Assembly (NCBI GenBank): GCA_963748815.1
Contig: CAVVKJ010000008.1
Span: 64,001 to 128,000 of the forward strand
Direction of reading: 5' to 3'
DNA: 64,000 bases
Origin: an uncultured Gemmatimonadales bacterium
GTDB lineage: Bacteria; Gemmatimonadota; Gemmatimonadetes; Gemmatimonadales; GWC2-71-9
Shown here: positions 31,895-42,224 of the stretch, in pieces
Numbering within the stretch: the first letter of the stretch is position 1
Layout of the letters: each line of letters begins with the position of its first letter
Notes under the pieces: model-generated
Databases searched by the model: none
Told to the model about the DNA's origin: nothing
Seen by the model: only the letters and a program-made list of their open reading frames with translations
Program-made: the position numbers and the translations under genes

Positions 31895-33846
31895 GCCAGG
31901 TCGAGCGGCGCACCTGCCGCGTCGTCACGACCCTGCTCCTGCTCCTCGGCGCCGCGGCCGGGACGGTCGCCGCCCAGGCGTCGGTCACCGGCCGCTGGCA
32001 CATGCGGGTGAGCAGTGGCAGCACGATTCTCCGCGGCGATCTCCGTCTCGAACAGCGCGGCAATGCGCTCACCGGAAGCCTGGCGCTCGAGTCGAGTGAC
32101 GGCCCGCCGGTCGCCATTCAGGCGGGCCGGGTCGGCACCGGTGGGGACGTGGAGTTCAGCGTGGACGGCCCGGAGTCGATGCGATTCACCGGCCGGCGGA
32201 ACGGGGCGGGGCTGGCGGGTCAGGTGGGGGTCGATCGGGGCCGCGCCTGGCAGTGGACCGCCGAGCGTCTCCCGGAGGGGGCGGAGTTCTACGCGGCGCT
32301 GCCGCGCTTTCGTGTGGTGCAGCTGACGCTCGGACGAAACGTGACCGAGATTCGCCTGCCGGGCGCGTGGGTGGCGGCGGCAGAGCAGGGTGACGGCGCC
32401 GCCGCGCGCGCGGCGGCGCTCGCCACGGCCGCCGGCCTGACGCCCATCCCCGCCGATTCGATTCGCGACCTCGGCTACTTGCCCGCGCTGGGCCTGGCGC
32501 GGCGGGCGGAGCTCGTTCCCGCCCTGGTGCGGGCGCTCGAGGCGATCCGCGCCGACTTGCCGCCGGGCGAGCGTCCGCAGTTCGACGCGCTCTTCCGGCC
32601 GCGCGGCGAATGGCTGGTGGACCTGCACGCCGCCGCCCTCGACGCGGCGCGCCATCGATTTCGGAGCGCCACCTGGGAGGACGCGGAGCCGGCCCTGGCC
32701 GGGTCCGGGCTCCTCCCCTCCAACCTTCCGGCCGGCGCCTCGATCATTCCCATCGCGCTCTATCGACTCGCGGTGCTCCGCGAGCGGGACAGCCTCGCGT
32801 TCGAGGCCGCGCGGGACCGACTCCAGCGCGGGGGGGACGCGTCGGCGCGGGTCACCGACGCGCTCCTCGACGGCTACCGCGACGCCGCCCCCTGGCAGGG
32901 ACAGGCGGTGGCGTTCCTGCTTTCGGCCAACTGGGTGCAGGACGCGCGGGGGCGCACCTCCCTCGCCGGCCTGATGCGGGCGGCGTGGGACGACCCCGAC
33001 CTCCCGATCCCCGCGATCCGGCCCCGCTTCTTCGGCATTCCCGAAGCGATTCCCCGGGTGGGAATTCCCGGCGAGGCGGTGCGGCGGATGGTCGTTCCCG
33101 AAAACTGGGCGGCGGAGCAGTGGGCGGCGTTTCGCGGTGCCGGTGCGGTGCTCGATGTGGTGCGCCGGCTCCGGCTCGACATCGGCGTCAACACGACGCT
33201 CGACGCCGACGGGCCGTGGCTGGTGACGAGCGTGGCCCGGGAGGCCGCGGCCACGCCGGCCGGATTTCTCGAGTCGCTCGACGAGATCGTTGAGGACCCC
33301 GGGAGCCCGCCGCTCTTCGCGGTGGCGACGGCGCTCCACGAGTGGCAGCACCTGCTGATGGAGCGGTATCGGCTCCTCCAGGAGGACGAGGGCACCCTGC
33401 AGCCGGCCGGGACGGGGCTCCGCTACGTGGCCGCGGACCTCTTCCTGGCCGAGGGCTACGCGGAGTGGGCCACGGCCCGCATGCTGGCGCCGGTGCTGGC
33501 GCGCGTGCCGATGCTCGGGGTCGGCGACGCACAGAAGCTCGCCGTGCTCGAGGCCGAAGATGCGGCCAATCCGCATGTGCTCGGGCTCCAGATGCTGCGG
33601 GCCCTCGACGCCGCGCTCGGCTCCCCGGACGCCGCCCGCAACCTCGTGTTCGCGCACGCGGACTCCCCGGCGGCCGTGGCCGCCGCCGTACCCGCGTGGC
33701 GGCACGCCGAGACGCCGGACCGGGTGCTGGCAGCCCGCGGCCAGCGCAAGCTGACACCCGAGACTATTTTTACGATTGAAGACGGGGTCGGTGACGTCAT
33801 CGGTGCGCGCATCCGCGTCGCACCCGATCCCTCGGCAACCCGATAG
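31891..33846 (+). CDS. Secreted hypothetical protein with HEXXH zinc-peptidase-like motif
   Basis: ORF 32002..33846 extends upstream in frame through a signal peptide to CTG at 31891; ALHEWQH and downstream AEGYAE. Confidence 0.65.
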   Translation: MSQVERRTCRVVTTLLLLLGAAAGTVAAQASVTGRWHMRVSSGSTILRGDLRLEQRGNALTGSLALESSDGPPVAIQAGRVGTGGDVEFSVDGPESMRFTGRRNGAGLAGQVGVDRGRAWQWTAERLPEGAEFYAALPRFRVVQLTLGRNVTEIRLPGAWVAAAEQGDGAAARAAALATAAGLTPIPADSIRDLGYLPALGLARRAELVPALVRALEAIRADLPPGERPQFDALFRPRGEWLVDLHAAALDAARHRFRSATWEDAEPALAGSGLLPSNLPAGASIIPIALYRLAVLRERDSLAFEAARDRLQRGGDASARVTDALLDGYRDAAPWQGQAVAFLLSANWVQDARGRTSLAGLMRAAWDDPDLPIPAIRPRFFGIPEAIPRVGIPGEAVRRMVVPENWAAEQWAAFRGAGAVLDVVRRLRLDIGVNTTLDADGPWLVTSVAREAAATPAGFLESLDEIVEDPGSPPLFAVATALHEWQHLLMERYRLLQEDEGTLQPAGTGLRYVAADLFLAEGYAEWATARMLAPVLARVPMLGVGDAQKLAVLEAEDAANPHVLGLQMLRALDAALGSPDAARNLVFAHADSPAAVAAAVPAWRHAETPDRVLAARGQRKLTPETIFTIEDGVGDVIGARIRVAPDPSATR

Positions 33847-33854
33847 GTGCCTGC

Positions 33855-34721
33855 ATGACCGACACGCCGCGCTCGATCGTTCCGGCCGCTCCGGCCCTCA
33901 AGTCCCCCGAATTCGGGCTGGCCCTCGGCCTGGTGCTCGGGCGCTTCGCGCTCGACATGAACGACCTGCACTACGGCTACTGGACGCCGGACCTCCCGCT
34001 CACGGCGGCCAACCTCCCCGTGGCCCAGGCGCGGTACACCGACAAGCTCATCGCCGACATTCCGGAGGGGGTCACGTCGATCCTCGACGTCGGCTGCGGC
34101 GCCGGCAACACCGCGCGCAAGCTGCTCGACAAGGGCTACGAGGTGGTGTGCCTGTCGCCCAACGCCTGGCTGAACGTCGAGGCCCAGAAGGCGGTCGGCG
34201 ACCGGGCCGTCGTGTACCTGTCGCGGTTCGAAGACTTTGCGCTCGACCGGAAGTTCGACCTGATCCTCTTCAGCGAGAGCTTCCTGTTCATGAACGCCGA
34301 CCAGGCGCTGGCGAAGGCCGAGTCGATGCTCAATCCGGGCGGCTACATCCTGATTTCGGACATCTTCCGGGTGCCGTCGGACCAGAAGAGCCCCATCGGC
34401 GGCGGACAGGACATCCGCCGGTACCAGGCGCTGATGGCGGCGTCCCGGTTCGCCATGGTGAAGGACACCGACATGACGGCGGAAATCGCGCCGACCTTCG
34501 ACCTCCTGAACCTGGCGTACCAGGAGGCGATCATGCCGGCGTACGCGCTGATCCTCGCCAAGCTGGAGGCGTCCAATCCGCTGGTGATGAAGTTCGTGCG
34601 CTGGAAGTGGCGCAAGAAGTTCGCGAAACTCGAGGCGAAGCACTTCACCGGCCAGCGCACCGGCGCCCACTTTCGCGTCCACAAGAGCTATCGTCGCACC
34701 CTCTACCGGCTGGCGGCCTGA
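33855..34721 (+). CDS. Class I SAM-dependent methyltransferase
   Basis: LHYGYW, ILDVGCGAG, FDLILFSES, LNPGG. Confidence 0.9.
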   Translation: MTDTPRSIVPAAPALKSPEFGLALGLVLGRFALDMNDLHYGYWTPDLPLTAANLPVAQARYTDKLIADIPEGVTSILDVGCGAGNTARKLLDKGYEVVCLSPNAWLNVEAQKAVGDRAVVYLSRFEDFALDRKFDLILFSESFLFMNADQALAKAESMLNPGGYILISDIFRVPSDQKSPIGGGQDIRRYQALMAASRFAMVKDTDMTAEIAPTFDLLNLAYQEAIMPAYALILAKLEASNPLVMKFVRWKWRKKFAKLEAKHFTGQRTGAHFRVHKSYRRTLYRLAA

Positions 34722-35194
34722 TGGCGGCGGCCTCCGGCCCCGCCGTGGGGGCCAAGGCGCCCGCCTTCCGGCTCCCCTCGGACGCGGGTGAGCCGGTGGC
34801 GCTCACGGATTTCAAGGGCCGCCCCGTCGTGCTGTACTTCTACCCGAAGGACGACACCTCCGGCTGCACCACGGAGGCCTGCGAGTTCCGCGACAGCTGG
34901 CGCGCGGTCCAGGCGGCCGGTGCGGTGGTGCTCGGCGTGTCGCCGGATGGCGCCGCAAGTCACCAGAAATTCAAAAGGAAGTATGAGCTTCCGTTCACGC
35001 TGCTCGCCGACGAGGACCACGCCGTGGCCGAGGCGTACGGTGCCTGGGGCGAAAAGAGCATGTACGGGCGGAAGTATTTCGGGGTGCTCCGCAAGACGTT
35101 TGTCATAGACGGACGAGGGAAAATCACGCACTGCTTTCCCAAGGTGAAACCCCGCGGCCACGCCGCCGAAGTGCTCGCCGCCCTCGCGGAGTGA
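34721..35194 (+). CDS. bcp: Thioredoxin-dependent thiol peroxidase (Bcp)
   Basis: VLYFYPKDDTSGCTTEAC, WGEKSMYGRKY. Confidence 0.93.
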   Translation: MAAASGPAVGAKAPAFRLPSDAGEPVALTDFKGRPVVLYFYPKDDTSGCTTEACEFRDSWRAVQAAGAVVLGVSPDGAASHQKFKRKYELPFTLLADEDHAVAEAYGAWGEKSMYGRKYFGVLRKTFVIDGRGKITHCFPKVKPRGHAAEVLAALAE

Positions 35195-35253
35195 CGCCGG
35201 CCCGTCCGTAGTCCTACGGATTGCCGGCCCCGCTGCGGGGACCGTACTCTGGT

Positions 35254-36342
35254 GTGCCCAAATACCTGGAGATTCCCATTCGTACCGCATCGTTCCTGGC
35301 CCTGCTGGCCGCCGCCCCGCTGCTCTCCTGCAGCAGCACCGTCAAGGTCGTCGCGACGCCCGCCATGCCGGTGGAGGCCCTGCCGGGCGAAACCCACCTC
35401 CGCAACATCCAGCAGCTGACGCACGGCGGCAACAATGCGGAGGCGTATTTTTCGAAGTCCGGCCGGCAGCTGATTTTTCAGCGCCAGGAAGACCTCGCCG
35501 CCGGGTGCGACCAGGAATACATCATGAATACCGATGGCACCGGCATGCAGCGGGTGTCGAACGGGCTCGGGCGCACGACCTGCGGATTCTTCTACGACAA
35601 CGACAAGCGGATCCTCTACAGCAGCACCTTCGAATTTGACGCGGCCTGTCCGGTGCGGCCCGACATGTCGAAGGGGTACGTCTGGCCGCTCGGGCACTTC
35701 GAGATCTATTCGGCGCGGAGCGACGGCACCGAGCTGACCAAGCTCACCGACGACAAGGCGTACAACGCCGAGGCCACGGTGTCTCCCGATGGCAAGCGGA
35801 TCATCTTCACCAGCACCCGCGACGGCGACATCGACCTGTACAGCATGAACATCGACGGGTCCGACGTCCGCCGCCTCACGTCACGCGTCGGGTACGACGG
35901 CGGGGCGTTCTACTCCCCGAACGGCAAGCAGATCGTGTGGCGCGCCTCGTATCCGGTCACGGCGGCGGACAGCGCCGATTACCGCGACCTGCTGACGCAG
36001 CGCCTGGTGCGGCCGGCCGCGCTCGAGCTCTGGGTGGCCAACGCCGACGGCAGCGACCCGCGCCAGGTCACCCGGATCGGCGGCGCCAACTTCGCCCCCT
36101 TCTTCACCCACGACGGCAAGCAGATCATCTTCACGTCGAACCACCTGGACCCGAAGGGGAGGAATTTCGACCTCTTCCTGGTCAACGTGGACGGCAGCGG
36201 GCTCGAGCAGATCACGACGGATCCCGATTTCGACGGCTTCCCGATGTTCAGCCCCGACGGCAAGCGCCTGGTCTGGGCCTCGAACCGGAACGCGAAGACC
36301 CGCGGCGAGACCAACGTCTTCATCGCGGAGTGGGTCAAGTAG
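35254..36342 (+). CDS. TolB-like PD40 beta-propeller lipoprotein
   Basis: GGNNAEAYFS, SPDGKRI, YDGGAFYSPNG, FPMFSPDG; LLSC lipobox; start is GTG 35254 or ATT 35278. Confidence 0.88.
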   Translation: MPKYLEIPIRTASFLALLAAAPLLSCSSTVKVVATPAMPVEALPGETHLRNIQQLTHGGNNAEAYFSKSGRQLIFQRQEDLAAGCDQEYIMNTDGTGMQRVSNGLGRTTCGFFYDNDKRILYSSTFEFDAACPVRPDMSKGYVWPLGHFEIYSARSDGTELTKLTDDKAYNAEATVSPDGKRIIFTSTRDGDIDLYSMNIDGSDVRRLTSRVGYDGGAFYSPNGKQIVWRASYPVTAADSADYRDLLTQRLVRPAALELWVANADGSDPRQVTRIGGANFAPFFTHDGKQIIFTSNHLDPKGRNFDLFLVNVDGSGLEQITTDPDFDGFPMFSPDGKRLVWASNRNAKTRGETNVFIAEWVK

Positions 36343-36371
36343 CCGCGCGGCACCGGGCGGCAGGGGAAACT

Positions 36372-36410
36372 GCGGGGCATCGACGCGCGTACGGAGCGTC
36401 GATGCCCCGC
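36372..36410. terminator. 15-bp stem-loop between the TolB-like gene and lepB
   Basis: gcggggcatcgacgc-N9-gcgtcgatgccccgc; no U-tract. Confidence 0.5.
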
Positions 36411-36489
36411 GGCGCGACGCCCCTTCACCACGCGCGCGCCGCCGGTTAGGTTACCGCGCCCTCCCTCTCACCAGGACTCGACGACGCCC

Positions 36490-37212
36490 ATGGCCCAGCC
36501 CAAACCCGCTCCGGCACAGCCGGCCTTCCTGCTCTGGCTCTGGGAATGGGTCAAGTCCATCACCGTCGCGCTGCTCGTCTGGCTGGTCCTCCGGACCTTC
36601 CTGGTCCAGGCGTTCCGGATTCCCTCCGGCAGCATGGAAAACACCCTGCTCATCGGGGATTTCCTCTTCGTCAACAAGGCGCTCTACGGCGCGGAAATCC
36701 CGCTGATCCACAAGCGGCTCCCCGCGTTCCGGGAGCCGCAGCGCAACGACATCCTGGTCTTCGACTCCGTCGAGGAGCCGATCGACGTGGTCAAGCGCAT
36801 GGTGGGAATGCCGGGGGACACCCTGGCGATGGAAGGCGGGCAGCTGATTCGCAACGGCGTGCGGCTCGACGAGCCGTACGTGGTGCACGCGTCGCCACTG
36901 CCGCTGGCGGGGCCGGAACAGCGGTTCATCATGCGCCAGTGGCAGGTCAAGCATCTCGTGGGGCGCGACACTGCCACCTACAACCCCGATCTGCAAGACT
37001 GGGGGCCAATCGTCGTCGCCCCCGATTCGTACTTCATGATGGGCGACAGTCGCGACAACTCGCATGACAGCCGCATGTGGGGCTTCCTGCCGCGGAACAA
37101 CGTGCGCGGCCGCCCGATGTTCATCTACTACAGCTACGACGCCAAGAGCTGGAAGCCGGTGCCGTTCCTGACGGCGATTCGATGGGGACGGACCTTCAGC
37201 CGCCCGAGGTAG
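36490..37212 (+). CDS. lepB: Signal peptidase I
   Basis: IPSGSMENTLLIGD, VVKRMVGMPGD, GDSRDNSHDSR. Confidence 0.95.
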   Translation: MAQPKPAPAQPAFLLWLWEWVKSITVALLVWLVLRTFLVQAFRIPSGSMENTLLIGDFLFVNKALYGAEIPLIHKRLPAFREPQRNDILVFDSVEEPIDVVKRMVGMPGDTLAMEGGQLIRNGVRLDEPYVVHASPLPLAGPEQRFIMRQWQVKHLVGRDTATYNPDLQDWGPIVVAPDSYFMMGDSRDNSHDSRMWGFLPRNNVRGRPMFIYYSYDAKSWKPVPFLTAIRWGRTFSRPR

Positions 37213-37391
37213 CGGCGGAACGCCCCGCGGGGCGGTTCCGGCGGTGGTGGCGCTTCCCCAGGAGCTGGGCGGAGGTGCGTCGCCTCGGCTGGCGCGCGGT
37301 GCTGGCGTTCGTGCTCTTCTACCTCGTGCGCGACCTGCTGCTCTACGTGCTCCTGCCCTACCTCGTCTATCGCGAGGTCGTGACGCCCTAG
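37209..37391 (+). CDS. Small membrane protein (start uncertain)
   Basis: ...WRFPRSWAEVRRLGWRAVLAFVLFYLVRDLLLYVLLPYLVYREVVTP; strong GC3 codon bias in this frame. Confidence 0.5.
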   Translation, partial: VAAERPAGRFRRWWRFPRSWAEVRRLGWRAVLAFVLFYLVRDLLLYVLLPYLVYREVVTP

Positions 37392-37657
37392 CCGGCCTCG
37401 GGCGGATGATACGGGGATTCCGGCGAACGCGAGGGATCGGGGGCCCGGGGCAGGTACGCCGCGCTCCGGCCGCACTTGGTACAGTGCAGGGCAATGCGGC
37501 CAAGTTCCGGCGGCGCGCTGGCGGGGGGACGCTTGGGGGTGCGGGTAATCGATTCGGTACCGCAGGAGGGGCAGACCAAGGGCTTCCCGTCACGGTCAGC
37601 TGCGACCAGGGCGAGCGCTTCCGGCGCACGGAATTCCTTGATGCCCCGACGGCCCAT
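37388..37657 (-). CDS. Small zinc-ribbon protein
   Basis: CPSCG...CTKCG; ggaagga RBS before ATG 37657. Confidence 0.65.
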   Translation of the reverse strand: MGRRGIKEFRAPEALALVAADRDGKPLVCPSCGTESITRTPKRPPASAPPELGRIALHCTKCGRSAAYLPRAPDPSRSPESPYHPPEAG

Positions 37658-37860
37658 GGGCGGTCCTTCCGAGGGGCGAGTGTCGCCCCCGCTCCAATCT
37701 ACGGTTTGCCGATGGACCGCGCAAAGCCGTCCCGACGGGCCTGCCGACTCCCGATCCGGCTCTGGCGTGATGGTGGCGATAAGGTGTAGCGACGGTGTCG
37801 CCAAATCTTGCTCCTCCCCACATTTCCTGTCCTGATTCCATTCGCCGCAGCCGGTTCGGC

Positions 37861-37889
37861 TTGACTGGACCCCGCCGGTGTGGTACGTT
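37861..37889 (+). promoter_or_regulatory. Sigma70-like promoter with extended -10
   Basis: TTGACT-N17-TACGTT with TG at 37881-82. Confidence 0.5.
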
Positions 37890-37963
37890 GGCGCCGGCAA
37901 GGCTTAACGCGACATAGCGTTACGCCGTCCCAACCCCTGCTGTCCCGGTCTGAAGGAGTCCCC

Positions 37964-38371
37964 GTGGTGTCTGAACTCGGCGGTGCACAAATCTCCACCC
38001 TCCTCGAGAGCCTTCCGGGCATCGCGACGGTGCTGCGGAGTCCTGTGGCGGACGCCCTGGTAAATATCATCCGTGCCGCGGCCCGACTCTCGGAGTTCGA
38101 CATCGCCGATGCCGATGAACTGGTCAAATACGCCACCCGTCGCGGGCTCCTGGCCGAGGATGAAGGCGACCGATTGATGTCCGACCTGCAGGCGGCGCAC
38201 CAGAAGAAACTCGACCGGATCGCGGCCCGGCCAAAGCCCGGGGCCGCCAAGGCGGCCAAGGGAACCAAGGCGAAGCCGAAACCGAAGGCCAAGCCCAAGG
38301 CGACGGCGGTCAAGAAAGCGCCCACCAGGAAGGCGCCGGTCAAGAAGGGCCCCGCCAAGAAGAAGCACTAG
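37964..38371 (+). CDS. Hypothetical protein with Lys/Ala/Pro-rich histone-H1-like tail
   Basis: aaggag RBS; helical N-part, then AAKAAKGTKAKPKPKAKPKATAVKKAPTRKAPVKK. Confidence 0.78.
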   Translation: MVSELGGAQISTLLESLPGIATVLRSPVADALVNIIRAAARLSEFDIADADELVKYATRRGLLAEDEGDRLMSDLQAAHQKKLDRIAARPKPGAAKAAKGTKAKPKPKAKPKATAVKKAPTRKAPVKKGPAKKKH

Positions 38372-38388
38372 GTTCGCCCTCCCAAGAG

Positions 38389-38423
38389 AAAGCGCCCCCC
38401 GGCATCGAGCCGGGGGGCGCTTT
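38389..38423. terminator. Bidirectional intrinsic terminator
   Basis: aaagcgccccccggc-atcga-gccggggggcgcttt between convergent genes. Confidence 0.85.
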
Positions 38424-38443
38424 GTCGTGGAGCCGGCGGCGGC

Positions 38444-40138
38444 TCAGGTACGGAAGGCGTTCATGGCGTCGGTCAGTCGCGTCGCGCCCTGCAGGAGATC
38501 GCCGGCGGCAGCCGCCATCTCCTCGGTCGAGGCGCTCTGCTCTTCCGCCGCCGCGGTCACTTCCTGGCTGGCGGAGGCGTGCTCCGTGGCCGAGGCCGCC
38601 ACTTCGGCCGTCTTGCCGCCGAGCTGGTCGACGATCGTCCGGTTGAGGGCCGCCTGCGCGGAGACCACCGCGGCGGCGGTCCGCACCTCCTGCACCGCGG
38701 CGCCGATGTCGTCGAGTGCGCGGGCGGCGGCACCCGCCACCCCCTCGATGCCCCGCACCTTCCCGGTGCCGATCTGCATCGTGCCCGACACCTCGCGCAC
38801 CTGGTTGCGGATGAACTGCACCGTCTTGGTCACATCCTCGGCGGCCCGCGCGCTGGAGTCCGCGAGGTGCCGGACCTCCTCCGCCACCACCGCAAATCCC
38901 CGCCCATGTTCCCCCGCGCGCGCCGCCTCGATGGCGGCGTTGAGCGCGAGCAGGTTGGTCTGCGAGGAGATCTGCTTGATCAGGTCGATGAACTCGGTGA
39001 TCGACTCCGACTTCCGCGCCAGTTCCTGCACCTGCTGGGCGGACGTCTGCACCACTTCCCGGACGTCGAGCAGGGTCTGGCCCGCGGCCGCCACGTCGGT
39101 CCGGTGCCGGACGGCGAGGTCCCGGATGGTGTCGCCGAGGGCCACGACGCGGGTCGAGGCCTCGTCGGCCTGAGCGGCGGTGGCCCGGAGCCGGCCGAGG
39201 AGTTCGTCGGCGTCGCGCATCCCGTGCACCTGGGTCTCGGCGCTGTGCGACATCTTCACCATCGCCGTCGAGATTTCGCCGCTGCTGGCCGCCAGCTCCT
39301 CGCTCATCGCGGAGAAATCGCTGGCGCTCCCCGAGATCTGGTTCGACTCCTTCACCACGATGCCCACGACTTCGCGGAGGCGGGCCGCCATTTCATCCAT
39401 GGCGCCGGCCAGCCGCCCGAGCTCGGTCGGCATCTCGCCGAGGGTCACGGGGCGGAGGTCGCCGCCGCCGAACCGTTCCGCGGCGCCGACGAGCCGGCGG
39501 AGGGGGAGGTCCACCGTGCGGACGGTGTAGATCGTGGTGGCGACGCCGAGGACCAGCGCCAGCCCGAAGAGCGCCCAGACGTTCCGCTCGCGCCGGCCCG
39601 CCTCCTGGCGCAGCGCCTGGATGCGGATCAGCGCCCGGGCGCTCTGGGAGCGGGAGAGGGCGCGGACGTCGGCCACCAGCGTGTCGGCGGGGGCGCGGGC
39701 GGCGTCGGCAAACCGGCGCGCCTCCGCATCGCGGCCGAGGTCGGCGAGCGCGTGCGCCATCGAGTAGGAGACTTCGATCATCGCCTGTTCTTCGGCGATC
39801 TTGTTCGTGATGTAGCGGTCCTGCGTCGAGAGGCCCGACAGCTGCCGGAAGGTCTGCTGGTAGGCGTAGGCGGAATCGCCGCTGGCGATGAACTCCCGCT
39901 GCAGCGCCACCGACGGGTCGAGGAGGTACTGCTCCGCGCTCCGGATTTCGTTGAGCACCGCGCCGACCAGCCCGCTGCCGGCCTCGGTGCCGGCCAGCAG
40001 GGCGGAGGTCTCGACCTCGACCGCCTGGCTGATGGAACGCACCGCGCGGGTGGCGCTCACGGCGATCAGGAGGACGAGCGTCACCAGCACCGCCATGCCG
40101 AGGCTCACCCGGCTCCGGAGGCTCTTGAGGAGGTTCAT
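38444..40138 (-). CDS. Methyl-accepting chemotaxis protein
   Basis: Two TMs, [35 protein letters not shown]. Confidence 0.95.
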   Translation of the reverse strand: MNLLKSLRSRVSLGMAVLVTLVLLIAVSATRAVRSISQAVEVETSALLAGTEAGSGLVGAVLNEIRSAEQYLLDPSVALQREFIASGDSAYAYQQTFRQLSGLSTQDRYITNKIAEEQAMIEVSYSMAHALADLGRDAEARRFADAARAPADTLVADVRALSRSQSARALIRIQALRQEAGRRERNVWALFGLALVLGVATTIYTVRTVDLPLRRLVGAAERFGGGDLRPVTLGEMPTELGRLAGAMDEMAARLREVVGIVVKESNQISGSASDFSAMSEELAASSGEISTAMVKMSHSAETQVHGMRDADELLGRLRATAAQADEASTRVVALGDTIRDLAVRHRTDVAAAGQTLLDVREVVQTSAQQVQELARKSESITEFIDLIKQISSQTNLLALNAAIEAARAGEHGRGFAVVAEEVRHLADSSARAAEDVTKTVQFIRNQVREVSGTMQIGTGKVRGIEGVAGAAARALDDIGAAVQEVRTAAAVVSAQAALNRTIVDQLGGKTAEVAASATEHASASQEVTAAAEEQSASTEEMAAAAGDLLQGATRLTDAMNAFRT

Positions 40139-41277
40139 TGCCCCCCCGCCAGTTGCATGACGCCGTCGCGCACCTCGCCGACGTAAATCTTCAGGCTCGG
40201 CACGTCGCCGTTCTCGTCGAAGGCGATGGTGCCCATGGCCCCCTCGTAGGCCGGCGTCGTGGTGCCGATGCCGGCAAAGGCATCCCGCACCGCCTGCCGG
40301 TCCGTCCCCACCCGCTGCATCGTCTCCCGCAGCATGTACACCGCGTCATACGCCGCGGCGCCCGACCCGTTCGGGTCGCCCGCCGCCGGGAACCGGGCGC
40401 GATAGGCCTCGACGAAGCGGCGGTTGGCGGGGGTGTCCGTCTGCGGGAAGTACGACGAGGTGACATACGTGCCGTTGGCGACCGGTCCGGCGAGCGCGAT
40501 CTGCTCCAGGCCGTCGCCGCCCATGGCCGGGATGCCGAGGTTCTTCTTCCGGGCCTCCGTCAGGATGGTGCGGCCGTCGAGGTCGTAGCCGGCGATGACC
40601 ATGAACTGCGCCCGCTTGTTGCGCGTGAGGAGGTCCACGTACGGACTCACGTCCGGCGTGTCGCCCAGATAGGGATAGGCGCCGATCACGCTGCCCTGGA
40701 GCGAGGTGAACTCCGTCTCGAAGGCGGTGCGGATGCCGCGGCCGTATTCGCTGTTGGTGTAGAACACCGCCCCCCGTGTGAACCCCAGCCGCTCGCTCGC
40801 CCAGTGGGCCAGCGCCGACCCGTGCGCCAGGTCGCTGGGGCAGACGCGGAAGGTGTAGGGGCCGGCGTCGGTCACCGCCGGGGCGGACGCGGCGGGGGCG
40901 ATTTCCAGGAGGGGGTTGTCGCCGCCGTTGTAGACCGGCGCCGCCGCCAGCGTCGGACCCGAGAATCCATGGCCGATGACGGCCACGACCGGCGAGTTGT
41001 AGAAGTCGGTCGCCACGACGATCGCGGAGTCGGTGTCGGCGTAGTCCTCGCGTTCCACCAGCTGGATGGGGCGGCCGTTGACGCCGCCCGCCGCGTTGAT
41101 TTCCTCTACGGCCAGCTGGGCGCCGTAACGGATGGGCAGACTCAGCGGGTCGGTGAAGTTGGCCGCCACCCCGATCTGGATGGCACCACTGCCACCGCCG
41201 CAGGCGGCAACGAGAACAAGACCCAGGAGGACCGCGCCAAGGCGCGTGCCACCCGGCCGACGAGAATGCAGGACCAC
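40135..41277 (-). CDS. LivK/BraC-like periplasmic binding lipoprotein
   Basis: VAAC lipobox; [38 protein letters not shown]. Confidence 0.9.
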   Translation of the reverse strand: MVLHSRRPGGTRLGAVLLGLVLVAACGGGSGAIQIGVAANFTDPLSLPIRYGAQLAVEEINAAGGVNGRPIQLVEREDYADTDSAIVVATDFYNSPVVAVIGHGFSGPTLAAAPVYNGGDNPLLEIAPAASAPAVTDAGPYTFRVCPSDLAHGSALAHWASERLGFTRGAVFYTNSEYGRGIRTAFETEFTSLQGSVIGAYPYLGDTPDVSPYVDLLTRNKRAQFMVIAGYDLDGRTILTEARKKNLGIPAMGGDGLEQIALAGPVANGTYVTSSYFPQTDTPANRRFVEAYRARFPAAGDPNGSGAAAYDAVYMLRETMQRVGTDRQAVRDAFAGIGTTTPAYEGAMGTIAFDENGDVPSLKIYVGEVRDGVMQLAGGQ

Positions 41278-41346
41278 GTCAGGCTCCGGGCGTGATGCTG
41301 TGGAAATCCGCGCGAACGGACAGGTGCTCAGGGGAGATACCGTAGG

Positions 41347-41898
41347 TTAGCCGGGTGGACGGGGCTTTGCAATCGGCGGTGGGCGTGTTTCGCCGACGTT
41401 CCAGCCGTCGAGGACGGGGCCGTCCACGAGGCTGACCGACGTTTCGATCCGGCCCGCACCCGAACGCCAGGTGAGACGCAGCATTTGCGTACCGAGAATC
41501 CACTGCGCCATCCCCTGGGCGCCCTGCACCGTGGCAGGTTGCGGACCGTACGTGCCTTCGATCTCGTCGCGCCACCGGAGGAAGTCGGCGGTGGGAAGGG
41601 TGGCGGAAACGGTCACGACGCCGGTAAGGCTGTCGATGGCGGCGAGCCAGACCGCGACCGGCGTGCTGGTCACGGGATCGACCGCCGTGGCCCGGCATTC
41701 CTGCAGCCGGGGATCGGCGGTGCTGCGCTGGCAGGACAGTCCCTTGCCCAGCAGGAGCCGGACCTGCGCGTCGGTGGCGGCGAGCGACACGCCGGCGCGG
41801 AACCCGTAAAACGAGAGCGAGGCGCCCTGCGCCTCGGCGGGCGCGGCCGCGCAGAGGCCGAGCAGCGCGAGGGCGAGTCCCGGCGGGACGCGGATCAA
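41347..41898 (-). CDS. Secreted hypothetical protein
   Basis: TTG start overlapping the csp stop; signal peptide ending AEA; two Cys in the mature part. Confidence 0.65.
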   Translation of the reverse strand: MIRVPPGLALALLGLCAAAPAEAQGASLSFYGFRAGVSLAATDAQVRLLLGKGLSCQRSTADPRLQECRATAVDPVTSTPVAVWLAAIDSLTGVVTVSATLPTADFLRWRDEIEGTYGPQPATVQGAQGMAQWILGTQMLRLTWRSGAGRIETSVSLVDGPVLDGWNVGETRPPPIAKPRPPG

Positions 41899-42095
41899 CC
41901 CTTCCGGACGTTGGCCGCCTGGAGGCCCTTGGGACCCTCGACGATGTCAAACTCGACCGCATCTCCCTCGGCGAGGGAGCGGAATCCCTCCATCGTAATC
42001 GCGGTGTGGTGCACGAAGACGTCCTTCCCGCCTTCCTGCGCGATGAACCCGAACCCCTTCGCGTCATTGAACCACTTCACGGTGCCCTTCGCCAT
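41895..42095 (-). CDS. cspA: Cold-shock protein (CspA family)
   Basis: [31 protein letters not shown]. Confidence 0.95.
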   Translation of the reverse strand: MAKGTVKWFNDAKGFGFIAQEGGKDVFVHHTAITMEGFRSLAEGDAVEFDIVEGPKGLQAANVRKG

Positions 42096-42224
42096 TGCCG
42101 CAACCTCGGTTCAGCGGGAAAAAAATGGCCGATCGGAGCTGGCGCATCCGAGCGGCGGGACCTATGACGACTCCATCTTTCGACTGCCACGCATGATCCA
42201 AGCTGCGACGAGCGGGGATTTCTG

